Below, piece after piece: positions 16,933-26,433 of a stretch of DNA of 64,000 nt. This stretch comes from Candidatus Caccoplasma merdavium (GTDB lineage Bacteria > Bacteroidota > Bacteroidia > Bacteroidales > UBA11471). The number at the start of each line of letters is the position of its first letter. Within the stretch, counting starts at the first letter, position 1. A program made the position numbers and the translations under genes. Below the pieces are notes generated by a model. That model was given only the letters and a program-made list of their open reading frames with translations. It was not told the DNA's origin and searched no databases. The stretch is taken from the NCBI GenBank assembly GCA_018715595.1, contig DVLI01000026.1, forward strand, positions 870 through 64,869. Reading direction: 5' to 3'.

Positions 16933-17969
16933 ATTTTTAAAACACCTTGCGGATATTGCATGGTGACACAGTGTAACGACCCGTGTTGCTTGATGAGAGC
17001 CCGGCAGTCGATGCCGATGATTTCATATCCGGCAAAAGCCTCTTGCAAGATGCGTGCCGCGGCAGCGTCATTGTCGGGCTGAGCATAGGTGGGGTAGAGC
17101 ACGGCATCGTTGAGGATGAGGAAGTTGGCATAGGTGGCCGGCAACCGTTCCCCTTCGTTGAAGATGGGGGCGGCCATGGGCAATGGCAGGAGCCGGAACG
17201 GCTTGCCGTCCCGCGTCAGGAAAGAGCGGAGTTGCTCTTCCATTTTGGCGAGTTCAGAGTAGTGCATGTCGGCTTTATCGTTGCATTGCACATACACGAT
17301 GGTGTCGTCGGGGCACAGACGGGTCAAGGTGTCGATGTGGCTGTCGGTATCGTCGCCGGCCAGGAAACCGTGGTCGAGCCACAAAATCTGTGCGACCGAG
17401 AAGGTCTCGTGCAGGTATTGTTCGATTTGGGAGCGGTTCCACTCTCCGTTCCGGTTGGGGGAGAGCAGGCATTCCGAAGTGGTGAGCAAGGTCCCTTTCC
17501 CGTCCGACTCGATGGAGCCGCCTTCGAGAACGAAGTTCAGACGGTTCACGTATTCACCGTTGAGCCGTCCGTTTTGATACATGGCTCTCGTTATCAGGTT
17601 GTCGAGATTGGCCGCGAATTTCAGTCCCCAACCGTTGAATGCGAAGTCGAGAATCCGTGCTTTCCCGCTATTCCCTTCAACAAGGGTGATGCCTCCGTGG
17701 TCACGGGCCCAAGTATCGTTGGTGGGGCAGGTGAGGTATCCGATGTTTTCAGCGGTCGTTTTCCCTTCGAGATGACGGCGCACCTTGTCGGTGTCGGGCG
17801 CGACAATCAGCAACGGTTCCCGCTTGGAAATCTCCCGGGCGATGGTGGTAAAGCACGCCTCGACCTCGTCGAGCATGTCGCACCAGTCGGTTCCGGCGTG
17901 AGGCCAAGTGAGTTGTATGCCCGATTGCGGGTACCATTCGGCCGGCAATCTATAATCGGAGGTTTTCAC
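16929..17969 (-). CDS. aguA: Agmatine deiminase
   Basis: It starts LPAEWYPQSGIQLTWPH, contains WARDHGGI, and has a C-terminal catalytic Cys context GSLHCVTMQ. The start is GTG, overlapping the upstream stop (GTGA). Confidence 0.88.
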   Translation of the reverse strand: MKTSDYRLPAEWYPQSGIQLTWPHAGTDWCDMLDEVEACFTTIAREISKREPLLIVAPDTDKVRRHLEGKTTAENIGYLTCPTNDTWARDHGGITLVEGNSGKARILDFAFNGWGLKFAANLDNLITRAMYQNGRLNGEYVNRLNFVLEGGSIESDGKGTLLTTSECLLSPNRNGEWNRSQIEQYLHETFSVAQILWLDHGFLAGDDTDSHIDTLTRLCPDDTIVYVQCNDKADMHYSELAKMEEQLRSFLTRDGKPFRLLPLPMAAPIFNEGERLPATYANFLILNDAVLYPTYAQPDNDAAAARILQEAFAGYEIIGIDCRALIKQHGSLHCVTMQYPQGVLKI

Positions 17970-18502
17970 TTGTTCTCTTTGGGTTTACGGTCGAAGAAGG
18001 GGTTCTTTGAGGAGGCACTGATGGGTATGGCGATACATTGTCGGCAATCTTTCAGCAGTCCCAACTGTTCAACGGCCCAACCAGCCGAGAACATGACCCG
18101 GCTGTCGACTCTCAGGTCGGCGGCCTTGGCACAGGCCGAGCCCACAGCGATGCCTACATCTATCGAGTTGATGGCGCAGGGTGTAGCCCACGGTTTTTCG
18201 GCGCATGTGGCAAATCCGCAATAAGCGCAGTTGAGCCCTTGCGGAGCCTGACGGGTGCCGATGACAATCATGGCATCGGCTTGTTGTATGTTTTCACTGT
18301 CCCTGATGAGGAATTTCATGCCGGTCTCTTCGGCCAGTTGCAACATCTTTGCCGACACGGCGTCGATGTCTTCGTCGGTCAGCGTGACGATTTCGATAAT
18401 GTCCACACCTTTCCCTTTGGGGGCTGTCCGGGCTGCCAGCATTATCTGTTTGGCTGCTTGGAGCATGTACTCTTTGCGTGCGTCTCTCTCGTTGATAATC
18501 AT
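17966..18502 (-). CDS. DUF2148-like ferredoxin-domain protein
   Basis: 178 aa with a Cys cluster GLNCAYCGFATCAEK plus later Cys residues. It is the first gene of the aguA-aguB-fprA transcription unit. Confidence 0.65.
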   Translation of the reverse strand: MIINERDARKEYMLQAAKQIMLAARTAPKGKGVDIIEIVTLTDEDIDAVSAKMLQLAEETGMKFLIRDSENIQQADAMIVIGTRQAPQGLNCAYCGFATCAEKPWATPCAINSIDVGIAVGSACAKAADLRVDSRVMFSAGWAVEQLGLLKDCRQCIAIPISASSKNPFFDRKPKENK

Positions 18503-18524
18503 AATATATGTAATTTACGCGATG

Positions 18525-18532
18525 CAAATATA
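18525..18532 (-). promoter_or_regulatory. -7 promoter box TAtaTTTG for the DUF2148-aguA-aguB-fprA operon
   Basis: The reverse complement of caaatata is an exact TAnnTTTG match. It lies 22 nt upstream of the ATG at 18502. Confidence 0.5.
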
Positions 18533-18658
18533 ATAATTCTTGGTGATACTTTGCCGGTGAGGATAAAATATGGGTGCTGATTCTTCTCACTGTCTTTTGT
18601 TGCTATTTTTGTAACAGAAATGTAACATGTTTGTTATTTTTCCCTCATATAATGCGTT

Positions 18659-18666
18659 TATCTTTG
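18659..18666 (+). promoter_or_regulatory. -7 promoter box TAtcTTTG for the phosphate transporter gene
   Basis: Exact TAnnTTTG match, 17 nt upstream of the ATG at 18684. Confidence 0.5.
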
Positions 18667-18683
18667 CGGCAAAATTTAGTAGT

Positions 18684-20930
18684 ATGGATTCAATATTTTT
18701 AGGATTTGTCGTCTTCTTGTTCCTCTTGGCCGTTTTTGATTTGTGGGTCGGGGTGAGCAATGACGCCGTAAACTTCCTCAACTCGGCAATCGGAGCGAAA
18801 GCGGCCAAGTTCAGGACCATAATCATCATCGCCGCCATCGGTGTCTTCTGTGGAGCATCGATGAGTAACGGTATGATGGATGTCGCCCGGCATGGAATAT
18901 TCCGTCCCGAGCAATTCTATTTTAATGAACTGATGTATATCTTCTTGGCGGTGATGGTGACCGACATTGTTTTGATTGATATATTCAATTCGTTGGGAAT
19001 GCCCACATCGACCACCGTTTCGATGGTGTTTGAATTGTTGGGTGCATCGTTTGCGGTAGCCATGGTGAAACTGGCTTCCGATACGACGGGGCTTACCTTT
19101 GCCGATTTGCTCAATACCGAGAAGGCTTTGTCGGTGATATTGGCAATCTTCTTTTCTGTTGCCATTGCGTTTTTCTTCGGAGCCTTGGTGCAGTATTTGA
19201 CGCGTATCATATTTACGTTCAACTACAAGGCCAAGATGCGCTGGAAAGCCGGATTGTTCGGCGGAGTGGCAGTGACGGCCATCGTCTATTTCATGCTTAT
19301 CAAAGGAGTGAAGGACCTCTCTTTCATGACACCTGAAAATAAATTGTGGGTGCATGAAAACACGGCACTCATCATGGTGGGTTGCCTGGTGTTCTTTACC
19401 GTCCTGATGCAAATATTGCATTGGTGCAAGGTGAATGTATTCAAGGTTGTCGTCCTTATCGGGACTTTTTCCCTGGCGATGGCATTTGCCGGTAACGACT
19501 TGGTCAATTTCATCGGAGTGCCGTTGGCCGGATTTTCTTCCTACCAGGATTATATGGCAAACGGAGCCGGTGATCCTACGGGATTCTTGATGGGGTCATT
19601 GAACGGACCGGCCAAGACGCCTCTTGTTTTCTTGGTGGCATCCGGAGCCATTATGGTCTTTTCGTTGGCAACGTCAAAAAAGGCACATAATGTGGTGAAG
19701 ACTTCGGTCGACCTTTCTCGTCAGGAAACCGGCGATGAGGTGTTCGGTTCCTCCCGTGTGGCTCGCAGCTTGGTGCGCTGGTTTACCACGGTGAGTGCAT
19801 GGGTGGTCGATGTCACCCCCGAACGGGTGCGTTGCTGGGTCAACAGCCGTTTCAATCAAGATGAGATGCAAATCGAGAACGGGGCGGCTTTCGACATGGT
19901 AAGAGCTGCGGTCAACCTGGTATTGGCCGGCCTTCTCATCGCATTGGGTACGTCGCTCAAATTGCCTCTTTCGACCACTTATGTGACATTCATGGTGGCG
20001 ATGGGCTCTTCTTTGGCCGACCGGGCTTGGGGTCGAGAAAGTGCCGTCTACCGCATTACCGGGGTGCTATCGGTCATCGGGGGTTGGTTCATAACCGCCG
20101 GGGCGGCCTTCCTGATAACGTTTGTCATCGCCCTCATCATGTATTTCGGCGGTGTGTGGGCCTCTATTGCCATCGTGGCACTTGGAGTGGGCATACTCAT
20201 TCGCAGCAACATCGTTTATCGCAAGAAATCGAAAACTGAGAAAAAAGATACGATTTTCAGCGAAATGTTGGCCACCAAGGACAAAACGGAGGCCTGGAAA
20301 CTGCTCCATCAGCACATTGTCGAGAACCGTTGCATATTTATTTCCGATACGATGCAGATATACTATTCCATTACCGACGGTTTCATGTATGAAGAGTTGC
20401 GCTCCTTGCGCAAGGCCGACTCCTCGTTGCGTCAGGAAAAAAGTATCTTGAAGAATCTCCGGCGCAAAGAGACGTTGGGAATGCATCGGGTATCGAAAGA
20501 GATTGCCATCGAAAAGAATACTTGGTTCCACTTGGGTTGCAACAGTTGCGAACAGATTATGTATTGCATGCGCCGTATTTGCGAACCCTGTCTTGAACAT
20601 GTCGACAACAATTTTACCCCCCTGCCTCAAAAATTCGTCGACGAATTCATTCCGATGAGGAACGGTGTCATGCTGCTGTTCGAGCAGGCTCTCGCGATTT
20701 TGCGGAACGGCCGTTACGAAGAAACCATCGCGTTGCGCGCCGATTGCGAGAAAATGAAAGACCTTTTCTCCCGGAAACGAAAGAACCTCGTGGAGGAAAT
20801 ACAAAATGAGGAGCGGAGCGAATACATCAGTGTCCTTTATGTCTACCTCAACTTGTTGCAAGAATCCCAGGAAAGCGTCTCCTTGTTGAGACACATGCTT
20901 CGAGCCGACCGTAAACTGAATCAAGCATAG
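18684..20930 (+). CDS. Inorganic phosphate transporter (PiT/PHO4 family) with long C-terminal cytoplasmic domain
   Basis: It has duplicated PiT signatures (GVSNDAVNFLNSAIGAK and AGNDLVNFIGVPLAG) and many TM segments. A soluble helical tail of about 240 aa follows. The start is set to MDSIFLGF (18684), downstream of the -7 box. Confidence 0.82.
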   Translation: MDSIFLGFVVFLFLLAVFDLWVGVSNDAVNFLNSAIGAKAAKFRTIIIIAAIGVFCGASMSNGMMDVARHGIFRPEQFYFNELMYIFLAVMVTDIVLIDIFNSLGMPTSTTVSMVFELLGASFAVAMVKLASDTTGLTFADLLNTEKALSVILAIFFSVAIAFFFGALVQYLTRIIFTFNYKAKMRWKAGLFGGVAVTAIVYFMLIKGVKDLSFMTPENKLWVHENTALIMVGCLVFFTVLMQILHWCKVNVFKVVVLIGTFSLAMAFAGNDLVNFIGVPLAGFSSYQDYMANGAGDPTGFLMGSLNGPAKTPLVFLVASGAIMVFSLATSKKAHNVVKTSVDLSRQETGDEVFGSSRVARSLVRWFTTVSAWVVDVTPERVRCWVNSRFNQDEMQIENGAAFDMVRAAVNLVLAGLLIALGTSLKLPLSTTYVTFMVAMGSSLADRAWGRESAVYRITGVLSVIGGWFITAGAAFLITFVIALIMYFGGVWASIAIVALGVGILIRSNIVYRKKSKTEKKDTIFSEMLATKDKTEAWKLLHQHIVENRCIFISDTMQIYYSITDGFMYEELRSLRKADSSLRQEKSILKNLRRKETLGMHRVSKEIAIEKNTWFHLGCNSCEQIMYCMRRICEPCLEHVDNNFTPLPQKFVDEFIPMRNGVMLLFEQALAILRNGRYEETIALRADCEKMKDLFSRKRKNLVEEIQNEERSEYISVLYVYLNLLQESQESVSLLRHMLRADRKLNQA

Positions 20931-20950
20931 CTCGCCCGAAATAGACAACT

Positions 20951-21961
20951 ATGATGAAAAATCTTCTCTTGTGTGCAAGCCTCTTATGGGGGCTTGCAGG
21001 GGAGATGTACGCTCAGAAAAAGAGTGAATACATTCCCGAAATTCACGGTACGATACGCGGAAAGTACGAATATCAGTTCGAAGATAACAAGGGGCGCTTC
21101 CAAGTGCGCAATGCCCGTTTCAGCCTCTCGGGCAAAGTGGCGCCGATTGTCTCTTACAAGGCCGAAATCGACCTCTCTGACGAGGGCGCGATAAAGATGC
21201 TCGATGCATACGCCCGCATTACTCCTTTGCCGACATTCGACATCACCATCGGTCAGATGCGCGTCCCCTTTACCATAGACGCTCATCGTTCGCCGCACCA
21301 ACAGTATTTTGCCAATCGCTCGTTTATTGCCAAACAGGTGGGAAATGTGCGCGATGTGGGGGCGACGTTGGCTTATACCTGGAAAATCGGTATCCCCGTC
21401 CGTCTCGAAGCGGGCATTTTCAACGGTTCTGGATTGACCAACCAGAAGGATTTCTGGACCAACCGCATCAATTACTCGGCCAAGGCTCATTTGCAGTTGC
21501 CCAAGGGGTTCAACTTGGTTGGGAGCGTGCAGAAAATATCGCCCGAAAACATTTCGATTCAGATGTACGACATCGGTGCCTACTATCATGCCGGCCGTTG
21601 GCATGTCGAGGCCGAGTTTTTGCGGAAGCACTATGCAGGAGGCGCTTTCAAACCCGTCAATGCTTTCGATGGTTTTGTTTGTTACGACCAACCCTTGCCC
21701 AAGGTCTTTGAGAAAATCTCATTCCTCGGTCGTTTCGATTGTATGAGCGACCACAGCAATGGCGAAGCGGGAGAGGGGGGGACCCTTGTCGTCGATGATG
21801 CTGCCCGCAAGCGCCTCACCGTGGGTACGACATTGAGCTTGGTCAAACCGTTCGTTGCCGACCTCAGAGTCAATTACGAAAACTATTTTTACGATAACAA
21901 CGCGTTGGCCGCGGTCTCGGAGCGTGACAAAATCGTGGTCGAATTGATGGTGCGCTTCTAA
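20951..21961 (+). CDS. Phosphate-selective porin O/P-like outer-membrane porin
   Basis: It has a signal peptide ending EMYAQ and an alternating beta-strand pattern. The C-terminal strand ends in Phe (ELMVRF). It lies 20 nt after the PiT gene. Confidence 0.7.
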   Translation: MMKNLLLCASLLWGLAGEMYAQKKSEYIPEIHGTIRGKYEYQFEDNKGRFQVRNARFSLSGKVAPIVSYKAEIDLSDEGAIKMLDAYARITPLPTFDITIGQMRVPFTIDAHRSPHQQYFANRSFIAKQVGNVRDVGATLAYTWKIGIPVRLEAGIFNGSGLTNQKDFWTNRINYSAKAHLQLPKGFNLVGSVQKISPENISIQMYDIGAYYHAGRWHVEAEFLRKHYAGGAFKPVNAFDGFVCYDQPLPKVFEKISFLGRFDCMSDHSNGEAGEGGTLVVDDAARKRLTVGTTLSLVKPFVADLRVNYENYFYDNNALAAVSERDKIVVELMVRF

Positions 21962-22066
21962 TGGCTTCGTATGTCAACACCGGGCTCCTTCCCGTTGTCG
22001 ATATGTCCTATGGCGTTTTGTTTGAAAATCTTCGGCAGAATTATGTGGAAATCGATAGATTTTGCG

Positions 22067-22074
22067 TATATTTG
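22067..22074 (+). promoter_or_regulatory. -7 promoter box TAtaTTTG
   Basis: Exact TAnnTTTG match, about 75 nt upstream of ORF 22150. Confidence 0.4.
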
Positions 22075-22149
22075 AAACCGAAACCTTGAATTACTGAACA
22101 AAATGGGGCAAAAGGTGTTTCATTAACTGATTTCTATGAATCTTAATTT

Positions 22150-22413
22150 TTGCTTATGGACTATTTTGACATGGAAGAACTGCTGGTGGATATTGTAAAA
22201 AAATATCCCGATATAGAATCGGCCGAGGCCCATTTCCAATCCCTGCTCGATACCGATGACGAGTTGAAAGATACCTACACCGAGTGGTGTGTGGCCAAGG
22301 GTTACCATGAAAAACGAGGATTTTCGATATTTTATCAAGAGTATATTTCCCGGGAAGATACCATTTGGGACAGTATTTTCCCTAACCGGGAAGAATATGA
22401 TGGATATAAGTGA
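22150..22413 (+). CDS. Hypothetical small acidic protein (87 aa)
   Basis: The ORF has genome-typical codon usage. I recognise no motif. Confidence 0.5.
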   Translation: MLMDYFDMEELLVDIVKKYPDIESAEAHFQSLLDTDDELKDTYTEWCVAKGYHEKRGFSIFYQEYISREDTIWDSIFPNREEYDGYK

Positions 22414-22506
22414 TTTATCAACCACATTTCTAACACCGAAATATTAAATAATGTTAATATATGGAATTTTATGCCCGAAAAATATGTTTTACAACATAAA
22501 ATGCCC

Positions 22507-22514
22507 TATATTTG
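22507..22514 (+). promoter_or_regulatory. Orphan -7 promoter box TAtaTTTG
   Basis: Exact TAnnTTTG match in an intergenic region. A strong terminator follows 40 nt downstream. Confidence 0.45.
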
Positions 22515-22519
22515 CATCG

Positions 22520-22585
22520 TGTTTTTCATGGTATTAGATTTAAGGTTAACAGAGATTGATTGTCGTGAGACAATCAATTTTTTTT
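22520..22585 (+). ncRNA. Candidate small RNA (~65 nt) bounded by a consensus promoter and an intrinsic terminator
   Basis: The TSS is inferred about 6 nt after the -7 box. The terminator is attgattgtc-gtga-gacaatcaat (22555..22578), a perfect 10-bp stem followed by T7. The only ORF inside uses TTA codons that real genes here avoid. Confidence 0.35.
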
Positions 22586-22734
22586 GTCCCTATCCTTGGG
22601 TAGAGAATGGCGTGGAGGGGAGGGCTGAAAATATATAGGGAGTCATTTATCCCCGTCGAAAAATTTTGAGATTCTCGCGAAACTCGTTATCTTTACTCTC
22701 CACAAACCTATAACCCAAGACAACGAAAGATAAC

Positions 22735-24375
22735 ATGAAAAGACGAGGTTTACTTACCCTTATGATGATGTTTGCCGCCACAGCGGCAGTCTATGCCTGC
22801 ACCAGTCTCCTGGCCGGCCGCAAGGCAACAACCGACGGTTCGACGATGATTACCTATGCCGCCGATTCTCATACCCTATATGGAACACTCTCCTTTACCC
22901 CCGCAGCCGATTATCCTGTGGGCACCGAAGTCGAGATACGCGATTGCGATACCAATAAACCGTTGGGGAAAATCCCCCAGGTCGCCCATACCTATAAGGT
23001 CGTAGGACACATGAATGAACATCAGGTTTCGATTACCGAATCCACATTCGGTGGCCGTCCCGAGTTGGTCGACACCACGGGCATGATCGATTATGGTTCG
23101 CTCATGCAGTTGGCCTTGCAACGTGCCACCACGGCGCGCGAAGCCATTGCGGTCATGACCGATTTGGTGCAGAAGTATGGCTATTACAGCAGCGGGGAGA
23201 GTTTCTCGATAGCCGACCCCCAAGAGGTGTGGATTCTCGAAATGATAGGTAAGGGTGGCCTGTCGAAGGGCGCCGTGTGGGTGGCCGTGCGCATTCCCGA
23301 CGATTGCATCGCGGCTCATGCCAACCATTCCCGCATTCATCAGTTCCCGCTCGATGACCCCGAGAACTGCCTCTATTCACCCGATGTCATCTCTTTTGCC
23401 CGCGAGCAGAAATATTTCAACGGCCTCAACCGCGATTTCAGTTTCTCCTCGGCCTATGCCCCGGCCGGTTTTGAGGAATTGCGGGCCTGCGAAGCGCGCG
23501 TATGGAGTTTCTACAACCGATACGACTCGACCATGACGGCCTATCTCCCCTATATCTATGGCGAGTCGTCGCAACCGTTGCCTCTCTATATCAAGCCCGA
23601 TCGCAAGTTGTCGGTGCAGGACATGAAAGATGCCATGCGGGACCATTTCGAGGGGACTCCTTTCGACATGACCCGAGATGCAGGTGCCGGCCCTTTCAAG
23701 GTGCCTTATCGTTTCCGTCCCATGACATTCGAGGTCGACAGTCAGGAATATATCAATGAGCGTGCCATTGCCACCCAGCAGACCGGCTTTTCTCTTGTTG
23801 CCCAGCAGCGGGAGTGGTTGCCTTCGGCACTCGGAGGCGTGCTGTGGTTTGGTGTCGACGACGCCAACACGTCGGTCTATGTACCCATCTATGTGGGTGC
23901 CTTGACCGAGGTGCCACTCTGTTTCCGTGAAGGGAACGGTTCGCTTTACAAGGTGTCTTGGACATCGGCTTTCTGGATTTACAACTGGGTGGCCAACATG
24001 GCTTATGCCCGTTATGACCAGATGATAGAAGACATACGGCCCTTGCAGCGGCAAATCGAGACGGCTTTCAACGAGCAACAGCCGAAACTCGAAAAAAGCG
24101 TCCTCGACATCTTTTATGACGAACCCGCGAAAGCCCTTGCCACCCTCGACCAATACAGCCGAGAGGCAGCCGATTCATCGACCGTGCGTTGGCGCGAATT
24201 GGGCGAATATCTGATGGTGAAATACCTCGACGGGAATCGCAAGCGCGAAAAAGACGGCCAGTTCCTCTATAATCCCTACGGACTTCCCGAGTATCCCGAT
24301 TTCCCCGGATACTCCGATGATTACTATCGAGCCATCGTAGAAGATGCCGGAGAGCGTCTCAAAGTCTCTTTTTGA
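22735..24375 (+). CDS. C69-family dipeptidase (secreted)
   Basis: The signal peptide is followed by the nucleophile context YACTSLLAGRKATTDGS, typical of peptidase C69. 546 aa. Confidence 0.82.
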   Translation: MKRRGLLTLMMMFAATAAVYACTSLLAGRKATTDGSTMITYAADSHTLYGTLSFTPAADYPVGTEVEIRDCDTNKPLGKIPQVAHTYKVVGHMNEHQVSITESTFGGRPELVDTTGMIDYGSLMQLALQRATTAREAIAVMTDLVQKYGYYSSGESFSIADPQEVWILEMIGKGGLSKGAVWVAVRIPDDCIAAHANHSRIHQFPLDDPENCLYSPDVISFAREQKYFNGLNRDFSFSSAYAPAGFEELRACEARVWSFYNRYDSTMTAYLPYIYGESSQPLPLYIKPDRKLSVQDMKDAMRDHFEGTPFDMTRDAGAGPFKVPYRFRPMTFEVDSQEYINERAIATQQTGFSLVAQQREWLPSALGGVLWFGVDDANTSVYVPIYVGALTEVPLCFREGNGSLYKVSWTSAFWIYNWVANMAYARYDQMIEDIRPLQRQIETAFNEQQPKLEKSVLDIFYDEPAKALATLDQYSREAADSSTVRWRELGEYLMVKYLDGNRKREKDGQFLYNPYGLPEYPDFPGYSDDYYRAIVEDAGERLKVSF

Positions 24376-24556
24376 CAGATAAAATAAAAACAAACCTTTG
24401 GCGATTTAGAAAAAAATTCACTATATTTGTAGAATGTAGGAACCGGTTTGGCAGGGTCAAACGTGAAAACTCGATTTCCTTCTTGTCTTTGCTTTTGCCT
24501 GTCACTGCATTTTTGAAAATAACCGATGACACAAATTTTTTAAATCTCAATACGAT

Positions 24557-26305
24557 ATGGAAAACGAAGCATTGCTCAAAGAAGTAACCGCCAAAGCACA
24601 AGTGTGGCTGGGCGAAGGATATGATGCCGAAACACGCGCCGAAGTGCAGCGTATGCTCGACAACGAAGACAAGACCGACCTGATAGAGGCTTTCTATAAG
24701 GACCTCGAATTCGGAACCGGCGGATTGCGCGGTATCATGGGCGTCGGTACCAACCGCATGAACATTTACACCGTAGGAGCCGCCACGCAAGGTTTGGCCA
24801 ATTATTTGAAGAAGGAATTCGCTTCGTTGCCCCAGATCAAGGTCGTTATCGGACACGACTGCCGCAACAACAGCCGTAAGTTTGCCGAAATATCGGCCGA
24901 TATTTTCTCGGCCAACGGCATCAAAGTCTATCTCTTCGAGTCGTTGCGTCCTACCCCCGAGATGTCTTATACCATTCGCGAACTGGGTTGCCAGAGCGGT
25001 ATTATCCTCACCGCATCGCACAATCCCAAAGAATACAACGGATACAAGGCCTATTGGGACGACGGCGCACAGATGATTTCGCCGCACGACAAGAACACCA
25101 TCTCCGAAGTAAACAAAGTGCGCTCGGTATCCGACATCAACTTCAACGGAAATCCGGCTCTCATCGAGACGATAGGGGAGGAAATCGACCAAAAATACAT
25201 TGCCCGCATCAAGGCTCTGTCGCTCAATCCCGAAGTCATTGCCCGCCAGAAAGACCTGAAAATCGTTTACACCCCCATTCACGGTACCGGTGTGAAACTT
25301 ATCCCTCGTACTTTGGCCGCCTTCGGGTTCACCAACGTGATACACGTCCCCGAACAAGACGTCATCAGTGGTGACTTCCCCACGGTAAAATCGCCCAACC
25401 CCGAAGAGCCTGCCGCACTCGATTTGGCCATCAGCAAGGCCAAGGAGGTCGAGGCCGACATAGTCCTTGCCTCCGACCCCGATGCCGACCGCATGGGTAT
25501 TGCCATCAAGAACGACAAAGGCGAGTGGATACTTGTGAACGGTAACCAAAACGCCCTGCTCTTTACCAACTACTTGATTTCGCAATATAAGGCCACCGGC
25601 CGCATCGAAAAGGGCGCATACATGGTGAAGACCATTGTCACCACCGAATTGATAAAGAAAATTGCCGATTGCAACGGTATCGAATGCTTCGATGTCTATA
25701 CCGGATTCAAGTGGATTGCCGCCATCATGCGTGAACTCGAAGGCAAACGCCAGTATATCGGTGGCGGTGAGGAGAGCTACGGGTTCTTGGTTGAAGATTT
25801 CGTGCGCGACAAAGACGCCGTGTCGGCATGCGCCATGATGGCCGAGATTGCGGCCTGGGCCAAGGACAACGGCAAAACCATGTATGAAATGTTGCAAGAC
25901 ATCTATGTGGAATATGGATTCTCCAAGGAAAAAGGCATCTCGGTTGTGCGCAAAGGAAAATCGGGCGCAGAAGAAATCGAGGCCATGATGAAGAATTATC
26001 GTGAAAATCCCATTACCGAGCTGGCCGGTTCAAAAGTAATCTTGGCCAAGGATTATGCCACATTGGTTGCACAAGATTTCGTGGCCGGAGAAAAATACAC
26101 GCTCGATATGCCCACCACTTCGAATGTGCTGCAATATTTCACCGAGGACGGAACCAAAGTTTCGATTCGTCCTTCGGGAACGGAACCCAAAATCAAATTC
26201 TATATTGAGGTTAGCGGTGAACTCCCGTCGCGTGCCGACTACGACAAAGTGGTTGCTGCCGCCGAAGAGAAAATCAAGGCCGTTGCCGCCTCACTTGGTG
26301 TATAG
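24557..26305 (+). CDS. Phosphoglucomutase/phosphomannomutase-family phospho-sugar mutase
   Basis: It has the phosphoserine loop TASHNPKEYNGYK, the Mg loop SDPDADRMG and the sugar loop GGGEESYG. 582 aa. Confidence 0.9.
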   Translation: MENEALLKEVTAKAQVWLGEGYDAETRAEVQRMLDNEDKTDLIEAFYKDLEFGTGGLRGIMGVGTNRMNIYTVGAATQGLANYLKKEFASLPQIKVVIGHDCRNNSRKFAEISADIFSANGIKVYLFESLRPTPEMSYTIRELGCQSGIILTASHNPKEYNGYKAYWDDGAQMISPHDKNTISEVNKVRSVSDINFNGNPALIETIGEEIDQKYIARIKALSLNPEVIARQKDLKIVYTPIHGTGVKLIPRTLAAFGFTNVIHVPEQDVISGDFPTVKSPNPEEPAALDLAISKAKEVEADIVLASDPDADRMGIAIKNDKGEWILVNGNQNALLFTNYLISQYKATGRIEKGAYMVKTIVTTELIKKIADCNGIECFDVYTGFKWIAAIMRELEGKRQYIGGGEESYGFLVEDFVRDKDAVSACAMMAEIAAWAKDNGKTMYEMLQDIYVEYGFSKEKGISVVRKGKSGAEEIEAMMKNYRENPITELAGSKVILAKDYATLVAQDFVAGEKYTLDMPTTSNVLQYFTEDGTKVSIRPSGTEPKIKFYIEVSGELPSRADYDKVVAAAEEKIKAVAASLGV

Positions 26306-26324
26306 AACCCGATTTCGTAAGCAA

Positions 26325-26362
26325 AGAAGCCCGAAGATTTTCTTCGGGCTTCTCTTTTTTTT
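26325..26362 (+). terminator. Rho-independent terminator
   Basis: agaagcccgaaga (26325..26337) pairs with tcttcgggcttct (26341..26353) in a perfect 13-bp stem. A T-rich run follows. Confidence 0.8.
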
Positions 26363-26433
26363 GTTACCTGTCGGCAGAAAGGTTTGCAGCCGATGCAAAA
26401 ATATATTTCGGTTACCGGCGAGGTAAAGGTCGC

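Noticed and set aside
22528-22638. A 36-codon ORF (MVLDLRLTEIDCRETINFF...) inside the candidate sRNA region, considered as a small protein.
   Set aside because: It uses several TTA codons that bona fide genes here avoid. It also reads straight through an intrinsic terminator hairpin.
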